DNA of 55,352 bases, filler included, from Squatina squatina (GCA_031763465.1; 3 parts of 3 records of this genome joined end to end with filler, not necessarily neighbours in it), one strand, 5' to 3'; shown: positions 1 to 12,718, numbered from the whole stretch's first letter. Numbers and translations: made by a program. Notes: generated by a model not told the origin, from the letters alone.

Positions 1-380
1 CAGCCAGAAGAGCATTGGAATAGTTTTAGTCTGGAAGTGCGAAAGACATAGATGAGGGTTTCAGCAGCAGATTCTGGAGCCCGAGTGTGGGGCTGGGGAG
101 GGAAATGGAATTTGTGGCAGAGGAAAATGCATTTTAGGCTTTGATCTTCGCAGTGATTAGCTGGAGCAAATTGCAGCTCATCTGAGGCTGGATGTTGTGC
201 AAATAGCCTGACAACACGGGCAGTGGAGGGATCGAGAGAAGTGGTGGAGAGGTAGAGCTGGGTATCGTCATTTACACGTGGCAGCTAACCCTATGTCTGA
301 GGATGATCTCGCCAAGGGGTAGCATGTAGATGAGGAAGAAGAGGGAGCTTAAGGATAGATCCTTGGGGGGACTCCAGAGG
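1..380 (-). mobile_element. Decayed L2-clade LINE reverse-transcriptase fragment
   Basis: The minus strand reads, with frameshifts and stops, GVPQGS.L..LFFLIYMLPLGEII..H.V..H...DDTQLYLST. These are the LINE RT motifs (GVPQGS, YADD-like) in an L2-type context. Confidence 0.8.
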
Positions 381-499
381 CCATCATCTATATTTTTATT
401 TTACCTATAAGTAACCTGGATGCTGAAACCATTGCTACCCTTGTTAAATCTGCAGACACTAAAATAGAGAGAACAGTCGGGGCAGAGTAAGCAGCTAAT

Positions 500-1200
500 A
501 ATTTGTGGGAGGATTTAGGTTAGCTGTTCAGAAAAATGCAAGTAAAATTTAATACAGAAAAATGTAAATGATTGTGTATTGGATGAAATAAGAATCCTAA
601 CCTACGTATACAATGAATGGAGTAGAATTAGAAGCAGTAGATTCTTGGGGGCTTGGGGATAATAGTGAACTTCTTGTTTTTGATGTATTGGAGCAATTAA
701 AAAAACACATAGAATATTGTATCGAGCCAAAAGCTCAAGTTTTATAATGCACTAATCAGCCCATACTTGGAAGTAGTGTTCATTTATATTTTCCAGAAGG
801 AATGTACATGTTTTGCAGAGGGTCTGAAAACAATAAGAATCATCTTGCATGTAATTGGAAGAAGCTGTGAGGGAGGAATAGGTTAACCTGTACAAGCAGG
901 GCAAGAGGAGATTAGGGAAGAAACTGGTCAAAGGCGTATGAAGTAGTCTAGATGAGGCAGAAGTAGAAGGCCAAATCTTATTTCAAGGGGTATGACTGGA
1001 TGGCATAGATTTAAATTAGTTTAAAAGGTAAATATCAAATCGATATCTTGGAACATTTATTCAAATGTTGAACATTTTTAGAATATTCCACCAGGGAAGA
1101 TGGTAGCGTCAAAGATATAGATCCTGGACTTGCTGAATTCGTGAACTAGAGAGGTGAGCTTTGATTGGCTGAATACTCTTTACTTGTCCTTGACTGCTCT
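500..1200 (+). mobile_element. Old, highly decayed CR1 LINE 3' region (RT C-terminus and tail)
   Basis: Remnants of the CR1 motifs Q.KFN..KCK (caagtaaaatttaatacagaaaaatgtaaa) and Y.ALI.P.LE...(tataatgcactaatcagcccatacttggaa). No intact ORF; boundaries approximate. Confidence 0.6.
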
Positions 1201-2117
1201 TCTGTCTCAATTCCCTTTTTATGTGATTCATCAATATTCCAAATCTTTAGGCAAGTTCACTACTTCCCTTCCCCAAGTAGGCTAGAACAATGTGGGTGAA
1301 ATAGCTTCAATCTCAGTGTGACGGGGTTAATAGCTTAAAGGGAGGGACTCATTGGTGTGATTTGTGTGTTAAGGTAGGTTAGGTTGTGTGCTCAGGAAGA
1401 GGAAGGTGTCTGGAAACGGTTCTGCTCCATTTTAGCTTTCTATCTGTCTCCATACTGTATTAAAGAACTGAGAGGAAACTGGTTTAGCAGATTCTGTGTG
1501 CTCATAGTTCATAAGAAGCCATGTGTGAAACTTCTTTCAAGTTAATGGAACATACTGATAGCTGACTTAGCAATTACTCCCAGTGGACTTCTCAGTGAAT
1601 TGCCAAATAATGCGGGCTGTAAGTCTAAAGCACAGTTTCTAGTTTTTAATGGTAGACTGCTGATAGCTTTATATGCATCGGATAGATCGTGGGTCTGTAA
1701 TTTCATTTTACTTGAGGGTATCTGCTTACCTGTAATTGACCTATAGCACTGTACCAAGGCTGAAGATCTCAGCTACACAACACGCCTCATTCCTTGACTT
1801 AAAATTATTATCTTCTGATGACGAAGGTTGAAAACCTTTTTTAAAAATTGCTTCCTCCCTTCTTGCTGGAAGATATGGGAGTTATGGAATCCAAATCGAA
1901 CATTTACTATTGTACATACAGCAGTCCTGCAGTACAAGTTTCAAAGTCCTTCCATCCACTTTAGATAGAAGCAGGAGAAAACAAGATGGGTTGAATTATA
2001 GTTGTTTGCCTAACTTGACACCATAATAAATAGAAAATATGCTCAACAAATGATCGATTTCAGAAATACTCTTTTTCAATTGGTCCCTCTTCAAAAATAG
2101 GAACACTCGAGATACTT

Positions 2118-2611
2118 GGGCGGAAATTCCCATGCGCGGGGCGGTGGTGGGGCGCTGCGTAATGCGCGACACTGATGACGTAGGCGCCATGCTTCAGATG
2201 CCAGTGCTCCGCGGATGATCCAACATGCTGAAACAACAGCGCCCCGATGGCCGCCACTGGGCCACCTAGGGATGCTTTTGACTGGGCCACCAGCCCAGCA
2301 CACTAGTCGGCATGCCAGGCCAACAGATGGCGGCCTGGTGGGCTGACCCAAGATTTGGCCAACAGAAAAACATGGTCTGCGACATAGACGGCTTTGCGCC
2401 CCGCGAAGTTGTCGGCACCATCGCCGACAATTTCCCCCACGGGGTGAAAAGGGGTCACTTCGGGGAGGTAAGGGGTCGGTGCACACGCCGGTGATGTGGC
2501 GCGCCGACCTGGGACATGGTGTAAGCAGCCTTGCGCCTCCGCGATCTCCCCCGGGAGGCAAGATCGCCGCTCCGAGGTGCTAATGGGGTGGAAAAAGGGC
2601 AATTTCACCCC
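2118..2611. mobile_element. Complete non-autonomous PIF/Harbinger-like MITE (GC-rich)
   Basis: Imperfect TIRs GGGCGGAAATT (2118) and AATTTCACCCC (2601-2611). It is a CpG-rich island in AT-rich DNA. The arms match the elements at 34849 (same orientation) and at 28206/33115 (opposite orientation). Confidence 0.7.
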
Positions 2612-3851
2612 CTCAGTGTCTCTTTTGCACACATCTGCAAAAATATATTCCATTGGTAGCACATAAGCTCACTTTGGGTTAGCAATTGTAATAACCTTTT
2701 GGGAATGTTTGGAGCCATTGGGGTATTGAACTATGGATCGGTGGAGATTCTGTACCAGGTAATTACTTTGACATTAGTATGTGGTAGCACCCCGCACACA
2801 GCCGGCTCATTGAAAGGGGAAAGCAAGTGACAGAGCTTTTCTCCAAGGATTGAGGAACCATATGGGCCCAAGATTTAGAGGTAAGAATAAGTGCAAATGT
2901 TTCAAAGGAATAATAATTTCTTTGGGATTAACTGGACTTTTATCAGAGGCTTTTGTTGGTTGAAAGATTGTTTCTCTAATTTACTAAATCAGAGCATATA
3001 ATGCATTGCATCAGGAATGTTAATCGGCCTTTACACTCCCCCAGTACTTGCAGTTCTCCTTGATAAATGGTTACATCTTTACCTCAGTCTTTTAAGTGTC
3101 TGAAATAATATTCCAGTCAATAGGGAAGTTGTATACAAATTAGAGAGTACATATTTTGAAAGAAAATTACAAACCTTTAATTCGATCTACAAACCAAAAC
3201 AGATTGAGGAATAGTGAGCTGGGACTCAGCTGCTCATAAAACATTTAAAGCGCTTCTGCAAAGAATGTCAGGTAAAGTAGTGGCAAGCAGGTGATCACAA
3301 TAAACATCAGGCATGACAACGCTTCTGGAATCAAGTCCACAGTTAAAGTCTGTGTGATTAATGCACATTCCATTCAGCTGACCAGTAGCACAAAGCCGAA
3401 CTTGCACAGACGGAGAAGTTCTGTGGCAGCTCAGAATGATTATACACTGTTTGTACATTCACAAGTTTAGACCCTGGCCACGTTCAGGTGCTCCTTGCTG
3501 TTGAACTGTGTTTGTGGTCCTTACGAGTTCTCACAGATTTGATTGGTTCTCATTTGACCAAGCTCATTTCATTTGCAAATTGTTGACTGCCCTCCAATTT
3601 CATCCCATTACTGCTAAGCCAAGGATGGACACTTAGTTTGTTACTGACTTAAAAAAGAAAAACAAAATGAAAGAGTTAAAGAATAAAGAATAATAAAAAA
3701 TATAACCAATCAGATACACTCAGCTCTCTATAGTGTGGCCAAAGGCTTCTCCCCCATGAAATCAGGCCAGCTATAGCTCAGCTCAGATCTATACAATGTT
3801 AGGGACATCTCCAGCACATGACCGAGCTAGGTATGCCCAGCTCAAGTCTAT

Positions 3852-4338
3852 ACCATCTATGACGCACAAGTCAAGAGTGTGATGAAATACTCTCCACTTG
3901 CTTGGATGAGTGCAGCTCCAACAACAGTCAAGAAGCTCGACACCATCCAGGACAAAGCNNNNNNNNNNNNNNNNNNNNNNNNNNNNNNNNNNNNNNNNNN
4001 NNNNNNNNNNNNNNNNNNNNNNNNNNNNNNNNNNNNNNNNNNNNNNNNNNNNNNNNNNCTCCCAAATGCACAAACTCTTACCACCCAGAAGGACATGGGA
4101 ACACCATCAGCTGCAAGTTCCCCTGCAAGTTATACACCATCCTGACTTGGAAATATATCGCTGTTCCTTTATCATTGCTGGGTCAAAATCCTTGGAACTC
4201 CCTCCCTAACCGCACTGTGGGAGCACCTTCACCAAATGGACTGCAGTGGCTCACCACCACCTTTTCAAGGGCAATTAGGGATGGGCAATGAATGCTGGCC
4301 TCAGCAGCGATACCCACATCCCAGGAACAAATTTAAAA
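3852..4338 (+). mobile_element. LINE 3' end (RT C-terminus plus 3' UTR tail), interrupted by a gap
   Basis: Translates TIYDAQVKSVMKYSPLAWMSAAPTTVKKLDTIQDK, a post-RT motif of CR1/L2-group LINEs. Ends in gggcaattagggatgggcaatgaatgctggcc...cccacatcccagga followed by an A-rich end. Confidence 0.8.
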
Positions 4339-6659
4339 TGCTCCCTCCATTTGGACTTGGGGAATACCATGATGTGTGTGCTGGATGTTTTTCACAGTTC
4401 AGATGGACACAGTGTGAAAATTTCACATACCCGCATTACGGAACAAATTTTGCTGAAATCTTAGTTGTGACTTAGATACATAGAAATGAATGGCATAGAC
4501 TCGTGACTTTTAAATGTTCCCTAACTGCCACATTATAATCAGTGGTACAGCACCACTCTTAACATTCCATCTGTGCGGGCCAAGCAGCATTAGACAACAC
4601 CCCTTCACTCCGACCTCCGCAACACTCTAAATTTCACAATGTCCAACCTGCCCACCCACATTAGCAACCTGGATTGGAGGAAATCAAGAGTGCCTGCTTC
4701 AGGTGGCCTGGCCTTGCCCACTGGAAAACTTGCCTCGAGTCTCGAGGGGACTGAACTTGCAGCAGTGAATAATTTGAACCGATTTCATATTGTTTATTCC
4801 AGCACAAACTCGATTTTATCTTCATATCCTTAAGACAAAACTTAACGAAGCACGGATGTGGTGTAATTTTCTGCATGTGCAGCACAGCTTCTACCCACAT
4901 ATCTTTATGAAAGTGGAATTTCCTGTATGTTAGTCTTGGAACTGTATGAAGTATTTGTACACTTCATTAAATGTCTATCGCTGAGGGTTAGGCTGGTTCC
5001 AGTTTTTATTTTGGAAGTGTTGCAGCGTTTCTATTGGCTGCGTTGCTATTAGATTGTGGCCAAATCTCAAAACTCAGTAATTTTCTGGCAGTAGATCACT
5101 GGCAGCTCAAAACATTTCTGGCTTTGGGTAGCAACGTACTGTCAGTATTTGCATGATCCAAAAAAACTGGGAAAATTTAAGATGATGGCCAGCAGTATGA
5201 TTGTGTGNNNNNNNNNNNNNNNNNNNNNNNNNNNNNNNNNNNNNNNNNNNNNNNNNNNNNNNNNNNNNNNNNNNNNNNNNNNNNNNNNNNNNNNNNNNNN
5301 NNNNNNNTGCTTGGTGCAGACACATCAGGAAAGTTCCAAGTTTCTACCCTAGTCTGGACCGAGTTAGCTGGTCTCGGCCAGGTACAACAATTGACTTTCT
5401 CATTCCACTGGTAGGGAGAAGAAAAAATGGCAGTACTTTCTTCTGCACTCCTCTTCCTCCGCCCCCCGCTTCCCGGCAAGGTGACTATATAGTGCCATTG
5501 GGAGAGGCCAAGCCCAGTCTCGACTGTGTTGTCCCACGCGAGATTGAAGAGCTTTCCAGTACTCGCCATCTAAACTCGCACTCTACGAATGGTCCACTTG
5601 AGTGAATTATTGTAGGGTAGCTGGTGGCCAAGGGTACAAAGCTTCAGCACAAGTGTGGAATGTTAAAGGGACAAAATCAGTGGGCAGGGGGAGGGGTGGG
5701 GGTGTTATCCTGTATAATGGAGCTGTGTTCACGAACTGCATTTTTGATTTCTCATTGGGGATTTAAAAAAAAATGTCTGCACGGTTCAACCAGCACTGCA
5801 TCTTCAGGAAATTACCGCTTCCCAATGCTGAAGTAACAAGGAAAGATAGAGTATATAAATTGCACCAGCATTGTACTGTTGACCACTAATCCAAAGTAAG
5901 TAAAACAGACCTCTTGGCCTTTGTTCAGTCAAATATAGCCTATCTGCAGCAGAGAAGGTTCAAACAACAGTCAGTGTTTTTGGAATTACCTTGAGTGAAG
6001 CGGAGTTGCAGCAGCAGTTTGATTTATTGCTGCAATATCCTGGAATCATGTGATCGCTCCTGGAAAAACCAACAGAAAATAGTCCTAAGTAAACTGGAAA
6101 GCATTTCTAAACATTCAAGGCTTCGATGGAAAATATATGCCAATAACTTTTTATGGCTGCAGCAATATTAATGTTGAGGGTACAGTATATTGGCCTTTAA
6201 AGTACAGGTTATTTAGGCCATTCTTTTACGTTTAATTTGAAATGATTAAGAGAATCCTAGAAAGAAAAAGCTACTTCTAATGGTCAGTTTGAGTGGCCAG
6301 ATGCACTATTTATCTTATTAATATAACTCAAAGTCCTGCCTGTATAGTGCAGGTCCCACCAAATTTCTAGGTAACACTCATACATGAAAAATCATCCAAC
6401 CCACTTTTCTGACTGGCTTAAGTAACCATTTTGTGTGCAGTTGTCCATGCTGATTTGCTTCAAGCATCTGAATCCCTGCCAATCCTGAATAAGGGGAACC
6501 CACAAAAAACCCAATCAACCCATCGAATCATTTTTAAAAAGCTACCACTAAGAAGCAGNNNNNNNNNNNNNNNNNNNNNNNNNNNNNNNNNNNNNNNNNN
6601 NNNNNNNNNNNNNNNNNNNNNNNNNNNNNNNNNNNNNNNNNNNNNNNNNNNNNNNNNNT

Positions 6660-7000
6660 CCCCACCTTTACTTTATCCCTTCCCAAGCTACCTTCATGCT
6701 TTGACTCATGTTAGGGATATGGTTAAATGACACCAGAAGGACTCAGTGCCTCACTCAAGAAGCCTGATTCATATGTAAGCCCCGACGATGAGTGTCAGCG
6801 GGCCATTTGGCGCCGTCACTCTATCAGTCCTTACTTGATGCTGACAACATGCATACTCTGTGATAGGAGTCACTAGCTAAACGATTGGGAACAGGTACCC
6901 TGGCCTTCTCAACTCAAGGATGCAGGGGTGAATTGTAGATAACTTGTCACAGAGCAAAGATCAAATGTAGGACCTTCCTGTTTGGAATGGCTCAGTTCCA
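6660..7000 (-). mobile_element. Diverged SINE-like repeat (same family as 36490 and 40120)
   Basis: The reverse complement shares blocks with 36490-36830 (ggct.acatatgaa, gaggcactg/gaggtactg, catgagtca, and the head gaaggtc.ta). Confidence 0.5.
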
Positions 7001-8029
7001 CACAGGCAAGTGCACCTGCCAACTGAATCTTGGGGGGAGCAAAGCTATGTATTTTACAGAAGAAAGTGCATGTGGGGGCAGGGGTATTCTGGTTCTCTTT
7101 TTTTTCTTCCATTGGCCAAATGCTATTTATTCAAGCCTGTTCTAATACTTTAATACCGTGGAATAGAGCAGGGTATGTCAAAGCCACAGGGAGCAATGAG
7201 CACTCCTTCCTTCCTGTAATGCTGGAAGAATGTTTTAGTGCTTTGTATTATCCCAGAGGAAAATTGAAGTCATTATTTTGAAATGCCGCCATGCGAGCAA
7301 GTGGAAGCTGTAATTAGTTTGCACATTCAATTTAGTCAGCATCCTGTGTTATTCACAAAGATGAAAGAGCGGAAACACCAAGTTTACTGTTTTCATGGTT
7401 GGAGCAGCAAACATGAATCTTGAATCTAAAGCTTGCATTGTAGAGGGCGTTCGGCTGCTCTGACGTTATAGTTTTGCAGCGTGTATAAAATATGAGCATT
7501 TAATCCTGATCTGATCCTACACATTTGGATAAAAATCATGGATTTACTATATTTACTGGCAATGTTACTGTGTTGCAGTTTTCTCTGAATAAGTCGCATG
7601 TTAAAATCTGGTGTTAATTGCACCTACCTACCGGCATCTCTTTCTGCCTTGAAATATAAGGGTGCGGCTGAAGTGGCAACCTCTGTGTGGGAGGTGTGCG
7701 GTAAGTCTAGGAGATTTTTTCCTATAATAGATGCACATTGGCCTCCTTTAATGTGCGACAGGTTGGAACACAGGTTGCAAAAAATTGGATCATTGAGATA
7801 ATGCTGGGTATTGCCAGGAATTCGTGTGTGTGTATACTAGGTCAGAAATATTTCACCATTTACAGTGACACATATTTTTGTTGTTCAATTTAAAACACAC
7901 TTAAGTAACGAGTATAGCACTTCCGTGAGGGCATAGAATCAGACCATGTTGGTTTTGGACCTGTTTAAGTATATAGATAGGGAAAAGAGCCAAACAGTCC
8001 ATTATCGTTCATTCACCAAAAGAATTGTA

Positions 8030-8420
8030 CAGTTTCCCTCCCTCCTGCCACCTCCCAATCACAGCACCAACCAACTTTTAAATTACTCCAATTTTGTCTC
8101 TACTACCTTGCCTTGAAGTTCACTCTGCCTGAAGAGCTTCCTGACATTAACCCCTTGCTAATTGAACCTGGGCCCTCCTTGTTAGACTGCTCTGATTTAA
8201 TTTTCTGTATATCCCTGAGGTTCGCCTACCTGTCAGCCATCTTGTTTCAAGGCTGAAGAACCAAGTTTCTTCAGTTTACTCAGCCTCAACACACTTCTCT
8301 GTACAGCATCCAGAACTGTGTGTCACAGTAGTCAAGGTCCAAGCACTTGCATAGTTTCAGCATTACTTCCTCCAATCTATACTCCACTGATTTAGCAATT
8401 ATGTAGGTCAACTTTCGATT
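8030..8420 (-). mobile_element. Decayed CR1 LINE fragment
   Basis: The minus strand gives IAKSVEYRLEEVMLKLCKCL.LDYC..QFW, resembling the CR1 post-RT motif EVML.LY..LVRP.LEYC.QFW. Confidence 0.7.
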
Positions 8421-8547
8421 GTTTTCTTGATTTTGATTTAATGGCAAACCAAGTTTAAAAATTTTCCTGGCAGCAGCTTTATAAACTTCCTTCAAGGTTC
8501 TAAGGTAACGAAGTGTTGTTGCAAGTGGAAAACGCCTTCATTCTGAT

Positions 8548-8826
8548 TTGAAGGCTGTACTGGCAGTCCACCCCACACTCAAGTATCTTCAGGAGAGGGA
8601 GTGGAGGCAGCGAAGAAAAGGAGAAGAGGCTCGCAGAGGGAGGAGGAGGAGAGGCAGGATGGCTCTCAGTAGGAGGCCTTACCCACCTAGGGACATCTGA
8701 GAGCACTTCTCCTACCTGCACTCAAGCCAGGAGCAATGTATTAAGAGGTTCTGCTTCAGCAAGGAGGTAGTTACAGAATTCTGCCACCTCCTGTAACCAG
8801 CCCAACAGCCTCAGAGCATGACGACC
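8548..8826 (+). pseudogene. PIF/Harbinger (HARBI1-like) transposase N-terminal fragment, inactivated
   Basis: The frame from 8641 reads RRRRGRMALSRRPYPPRDI*EHFSYLHSSQEQCIKRFCFSKEVVTEFCHLL*PAQQPQSMTT, resembling the N-terminal L.D.QC..RFRF.K....LC.LL segment of Harbinger transposases. Stops are at 8698 and 8794; the fragment runs into a gap. Confidence 0.75.
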
Positions 8827-10026
8827 NNNNNNNNNNNNNNNNNNNNNNNNNNNNNNNNNNNNNNNNNNNNNNNNNNNNNNNNNNNNNNNNNNNNNNNNNN
8901 NNNNNNNNNNNNNNNNNNNNNNNNNNTGTGTCTGTGTGCGTGTTTTGACACACATGCAGAGTTCCATTTTTCCTGGACGCTGTGGGATGTGGAAGCTTAC
9001 AGAGTGGCTTGAATTTGCCTGCCCTGCATCACATTATGCAGTTTACCAGCCTGGTTGCCCAGAGTTTTATTGTGCCCTGGTTGACCATTACTGATCAACG
9101 TTTTAGTGAGGCAGAAAGCAGCAAGTTCAAGTTCAATTACAGTGAAGCGGCAGTTCAGTTTTCTTCAGGCGTTTTTTTTTATTCATGCAATGTACTTCAC
9201 CCATCTCCTGTAATTTGGTGTTCTGCTTTTACCATCAGACTGGGGAATTTGGCTTTGGTTTTATAGAGTGTCCCACAGAAAGTAAATTTGTTTAGATTAC
9301 TAGAACCCGCGCCTGTGTCCTAATCAGAATTGTAAGAAGCCCCCATTTTCATGGGTCTATGATGAGAGTCGGATTTGTGGTCATGCAATGGAGTGCAGTC
9401 AACAAAGAGCGACTGAGTCATTCAGTGTAGAAATGCCTTTAAATTGATCCATAGGGACACTGATTTAGAAGACAAAAGAGTAAGGTCAGATTTGGAGAAT
9501 GTGATGCATTGCTCATTCAGGGTATTGAGTCTGACCTGGAAGTGACCATTTCCCAAAAAGATCACAATCCAGAGACTCGGGGTTTCCTGTAACTGAACTT
9601 GGAAATGAATGGATGCTATTAAGAAGTGTAATTAATTCAGTCACCATACAGTGAGAGTGAGTGCTTCATGACTGAAAGCACTAGCTCCATTGATCTGTGG
9701 GCATAATTCTCTGCTCCTTATGAGATAAACACTGGAAGATTTGCATTCAGTTCAACTAAGTAGGCAGTAATGCCTTCTGTTACAGGAGAGTTATGTTAAT
9801 ATAGTGGACAGAGAGTAAGCATATTAGAATGTTGCTGAGGTAACTCAGTATCCAAGTTTGCTATAAGCAGATTTCACTGTCGTAACACCTTTGTAATATT
9901 AGGCTTTTGCTCATTAGTTATAGATTTGTTTTAAATGTGAATCAATTATAATTAGCAAGGTTATATTTCCAATGATTGCACAATTGAAATATAAACATTT
10001 TTCCACTTTTTTTTTCCTGATGAAAG

Positions 10027-10152
10027 ATACGGATGAATGTTCTATAGACCCAGGAATATGTAAAAACGGGCAGTGCATCAACACTGATGGTTCTTTTCGC
10101 TGTGAATGCCCATTTGGCTTCAATATCGATTACAGTGGAATCAAGTGTGTAG
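10027..10152 (+). CDS. Fibrillin internal exon encoding one calcium-binding EGF domain (closest to FBN2/FBN3)
   Basis: 126-bp phase 1-1 exon with a polypyrimidine tract plus AG (10025-26) and a G|gtaagt donor. Encodes [42 protein letters not shown], with six cysteines and the cbEGF consensus. Resembles the fibrillin domain containing [15 protein letters not shown]; the paralog is not resolved. Confidence 0.9.
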
Positions 10153-12261
10153 GTAAGTTCTCTTGAAGCACAGAGAAAACAAGTGGCACAGTTAATATTC
10201 TTTAACACGTCACCTTATATGCATGAGACAGTTCCTATCTGGTCTAGGATTTGCAGTAATAGGAACTAATTACACCTCCATCCAGCATCACTTACATTCC
10301 AACTCTAAGCACTATAGCAACAACTGAGATCTCACTGAAGGAAGAATGCCAACACATCTACAATTTTCATTCATATAAACATAGAAAATAGNNNNNNNNN
10401 NNNNNNNNNNNNNNNNNNNNNNNNNNNNNNNNNNNNNNNNNNNNNNNNNNNNNNNNNNNNNNNNNNNNNNNNNNNNNNNNNNNNNNNNNNNGAACTTAGA
10501 CTTTATGAGATGGCCTCTTCAGTGTAGTGGTAGCGTACATGGTGATACATATCCGGTTGAGTGTGCTTGAGTTCCAGATCTGCATCTGGCGATTACTGAA
10601 CTGGGCAGTTGTATTTCCAAAGCTTCCTGCTCTTGCTGGATGTACTTGTAAAAAAAAATGAACTTTGGTCATGCTTTGCAACAGACTCAAGCACAGCAGA
10701 ATGCAACTGTCACAAAAGTAGGTCAGCTTTAATGTTCTGAAGGGGATGTGTGGAGCATTTATCAATCTGACGAACAGGTTATCGTAGTCAAAATGGTTAC
10801 TGATTCCTTACGAGTCTCAAAGTTCTCTGGAGCCTATTATTGCCCCAGCGATTTTAGGTAAGAGTTTTTATATCACTTTTGCCTCCTGTCTCGAGATGAA
10901 AGCAATATTTTGGATTTTTCTTCCTCACCACTACCCCGCTATATCGTGGATATTTGTATTTTTATACATGTGCTATGTCCCAGAGTCGTTAATATTATAA
11001 GAAGTTAAATACTGCATTAACCACTGCAATTTCAAAATCATTTTAGAAGCAAAACAAATCTTAAATCTTTTTCAGTAAGACTAACCACTTACAACCAATA
11101 GATTATTAAATTCCATTATTATATATTAAAAATTGAATTTAATGCACTTTAGTTGTGAGTGCCACAGCGAACTCACTGCATTATTTCAGCTCGATGATGA
11201 GCTTTTCTCCTTGAGGATTCTGTGGACTTTTTAATTCATTTATCAGTCTGTGTTGTCGGGCTATGTGAGCATGCCGTTTTTCAGTGGTGCTATCTTTCCT
11301 ATGGTTGGTTGAATTTATCTATCTCCTTATGTTATTACAGTTTTAATGCNNNNNNNNNNNNNNNNNNNNNNNNNNNNNNNNNNNNNNNNNNNNNNNNNNN
11401 NNNNNNNNNNNNNNNNNNNNNNNNNNNNNNNNNNNNNNNNNNNNNNNNNAGTCATCATTGTCAGCCAGCTTATTTAAAATATTGGCATCAATTAGCTGTA
11501 GGAAAAATCCTACTCCAGTCAATACTTTATGATGCACTTAATTTGTGACTTCACATTGCTCTCACCACTACCAGTGACAGACCGATTTGTTCGGTTTGGT
11601 TGAGCGAGAAGGTTTTAAGCGTGCGTGGATTGATACCCTAGGGTAAATCCTCCTCGCCAGGCCAAGAGGGGAAAACTTGTAGTATTTTAAAGTGAGTACT
11701 TGCTCATTATTTTGTGGTGTTTGTCGAAAGGGGATTTTATAAAGTGGCTGAAAGGTTACTCCTGTCAAGCTTTTGAAAAGAAAATAACAGGTACAAAAAA
11801 TAATGAAACATGGCAATTTCACATTATATTGGTGACCTTTACTGTCAGAAAGGACCAGTGATCTTCACATTTTCTTTCCAGTTTGTGCAGTGCATGTGCA
11901 GCATACAACATTTTGTAGCAATGAAGGGATGATATCTTCTGCAGTCTTTATTTGCAGATCCTCTCCAGGGTTCCCTCTGACTTGGATTTTTCAGCACCCT
12001 GTTTGTTTCTTCCTCATCACCTTGCTGCAATCTTCCTCCATTTCACTGAGTTCACCTCAATCTTCAACTCCTTAACCTCTTGCAGTCCACTGTCGCCTCC
12101 CCCTCGTTTTTTTGAAAAAAGGAAAAAAATTACTTCCGACCCTACCACAGAATTAGCCATATGTTGGGGATATCATTGGAAAAAGTGAATCATATTTTCA
12201 GGTCATTCAAACAACAGCCACTAGTTTTTTCTATACCACGCCTCGTGCATGAAAGAAGTTC

Positions 12262-12298
12262 CAGTTCTGACGAAAGGTCATCGACCTGAAACATTAGC
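12262..12298 (+). ncRNA. Minimal type I hammerhead ribozyme motif (degenerate)
   Basis: CTGACGA (12267-73), an extra A, stem II AGGTC/ATC/GACCT (12275-87), GAAA (12288-91), then CATT where the consensus palindrome gives CGTT. A short stem I is formed by GTT/AGC. Confidence 0.6.
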
Positions 12299-12385
12299 CC
12301 CATGTTTCTTGCTCTACAGATGCTGAGTGTCCAGCGTTTTCTGTTTTTATTTCAGATTTCCAGCGTTTGCAGTATTTTGCTTTTT
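12262..12385 (+). mobile_element. Penelope-like element terminal repeat
   Basis: ttctgacgaaaggtcatcgacctgaaacatt...acagatgctg...ccagc.ttttctgtttttatttcagatttccagc...gcagtattttgctttt is a typical shark Penelope-associated terminus. Related copies lie at about 38975-39050 (+) and 44820-44955 (-). Confidence 0.65.
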
Positions 12386-12459
12386 GGTAGGTGCTTCAAA
12401 GTGTTTTACAAAACATAAAGTAGAAACAGGATGACCAATTCATCTTTTGTTTTTTTCAG

Positions 12460-12718
12460 GTTTTCTTCAAGTGCTGGCAGTTGAATAATCGGACTGTATA
12501 TTGTGAAGATGTCACGTGGATCATTGGACAAGCTCCTCAGATTATAAACAATACGGAGATGCGTATATGTGAAAAATATACTACAGAGTAACAGAACATA
12601 GTAGACAACTTTATCTTTCAACTTGTCTCGTTTCGAAGTTGCTCTCGAGGAGATTCCTACTTACGAAAGAGATGGTTGTATGTTTAGTGGAAGCTATTGA
12701 GAGAAGCAAGTGTGGAGT
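12460..12718 (+). promoter_or_regulatory. SIPA1L1: 5' UTR portion of SIPA1L1 first coding exon, containing five upstream ATGs
   Basis: Strong acceptor cttttgtttttttcag|g (AG 12458-59). uATGs at 12509, 12559, 12567, 12672 and 12680. Confidence 0.65.

Noticed and set aside
1815-1840. CTGATGA...GAAA hammerhead-like core
   Set aside because: No convincing stem II or stem I; at most a very decayed Penelope remnant.
2118-2611. CpG-island promoter or GC-rich ORFs (also 28204, 34591)
   Set aside because: TIR-bounded and homologous to other dispersed copies, so better explained as MITEs; the ORFs reflect high GC content.
10496-10660. Possible minus-strand exon after a T-rich acceptor-like site
   Set aside because: No recognisable protein in any frame and no convincing donor.
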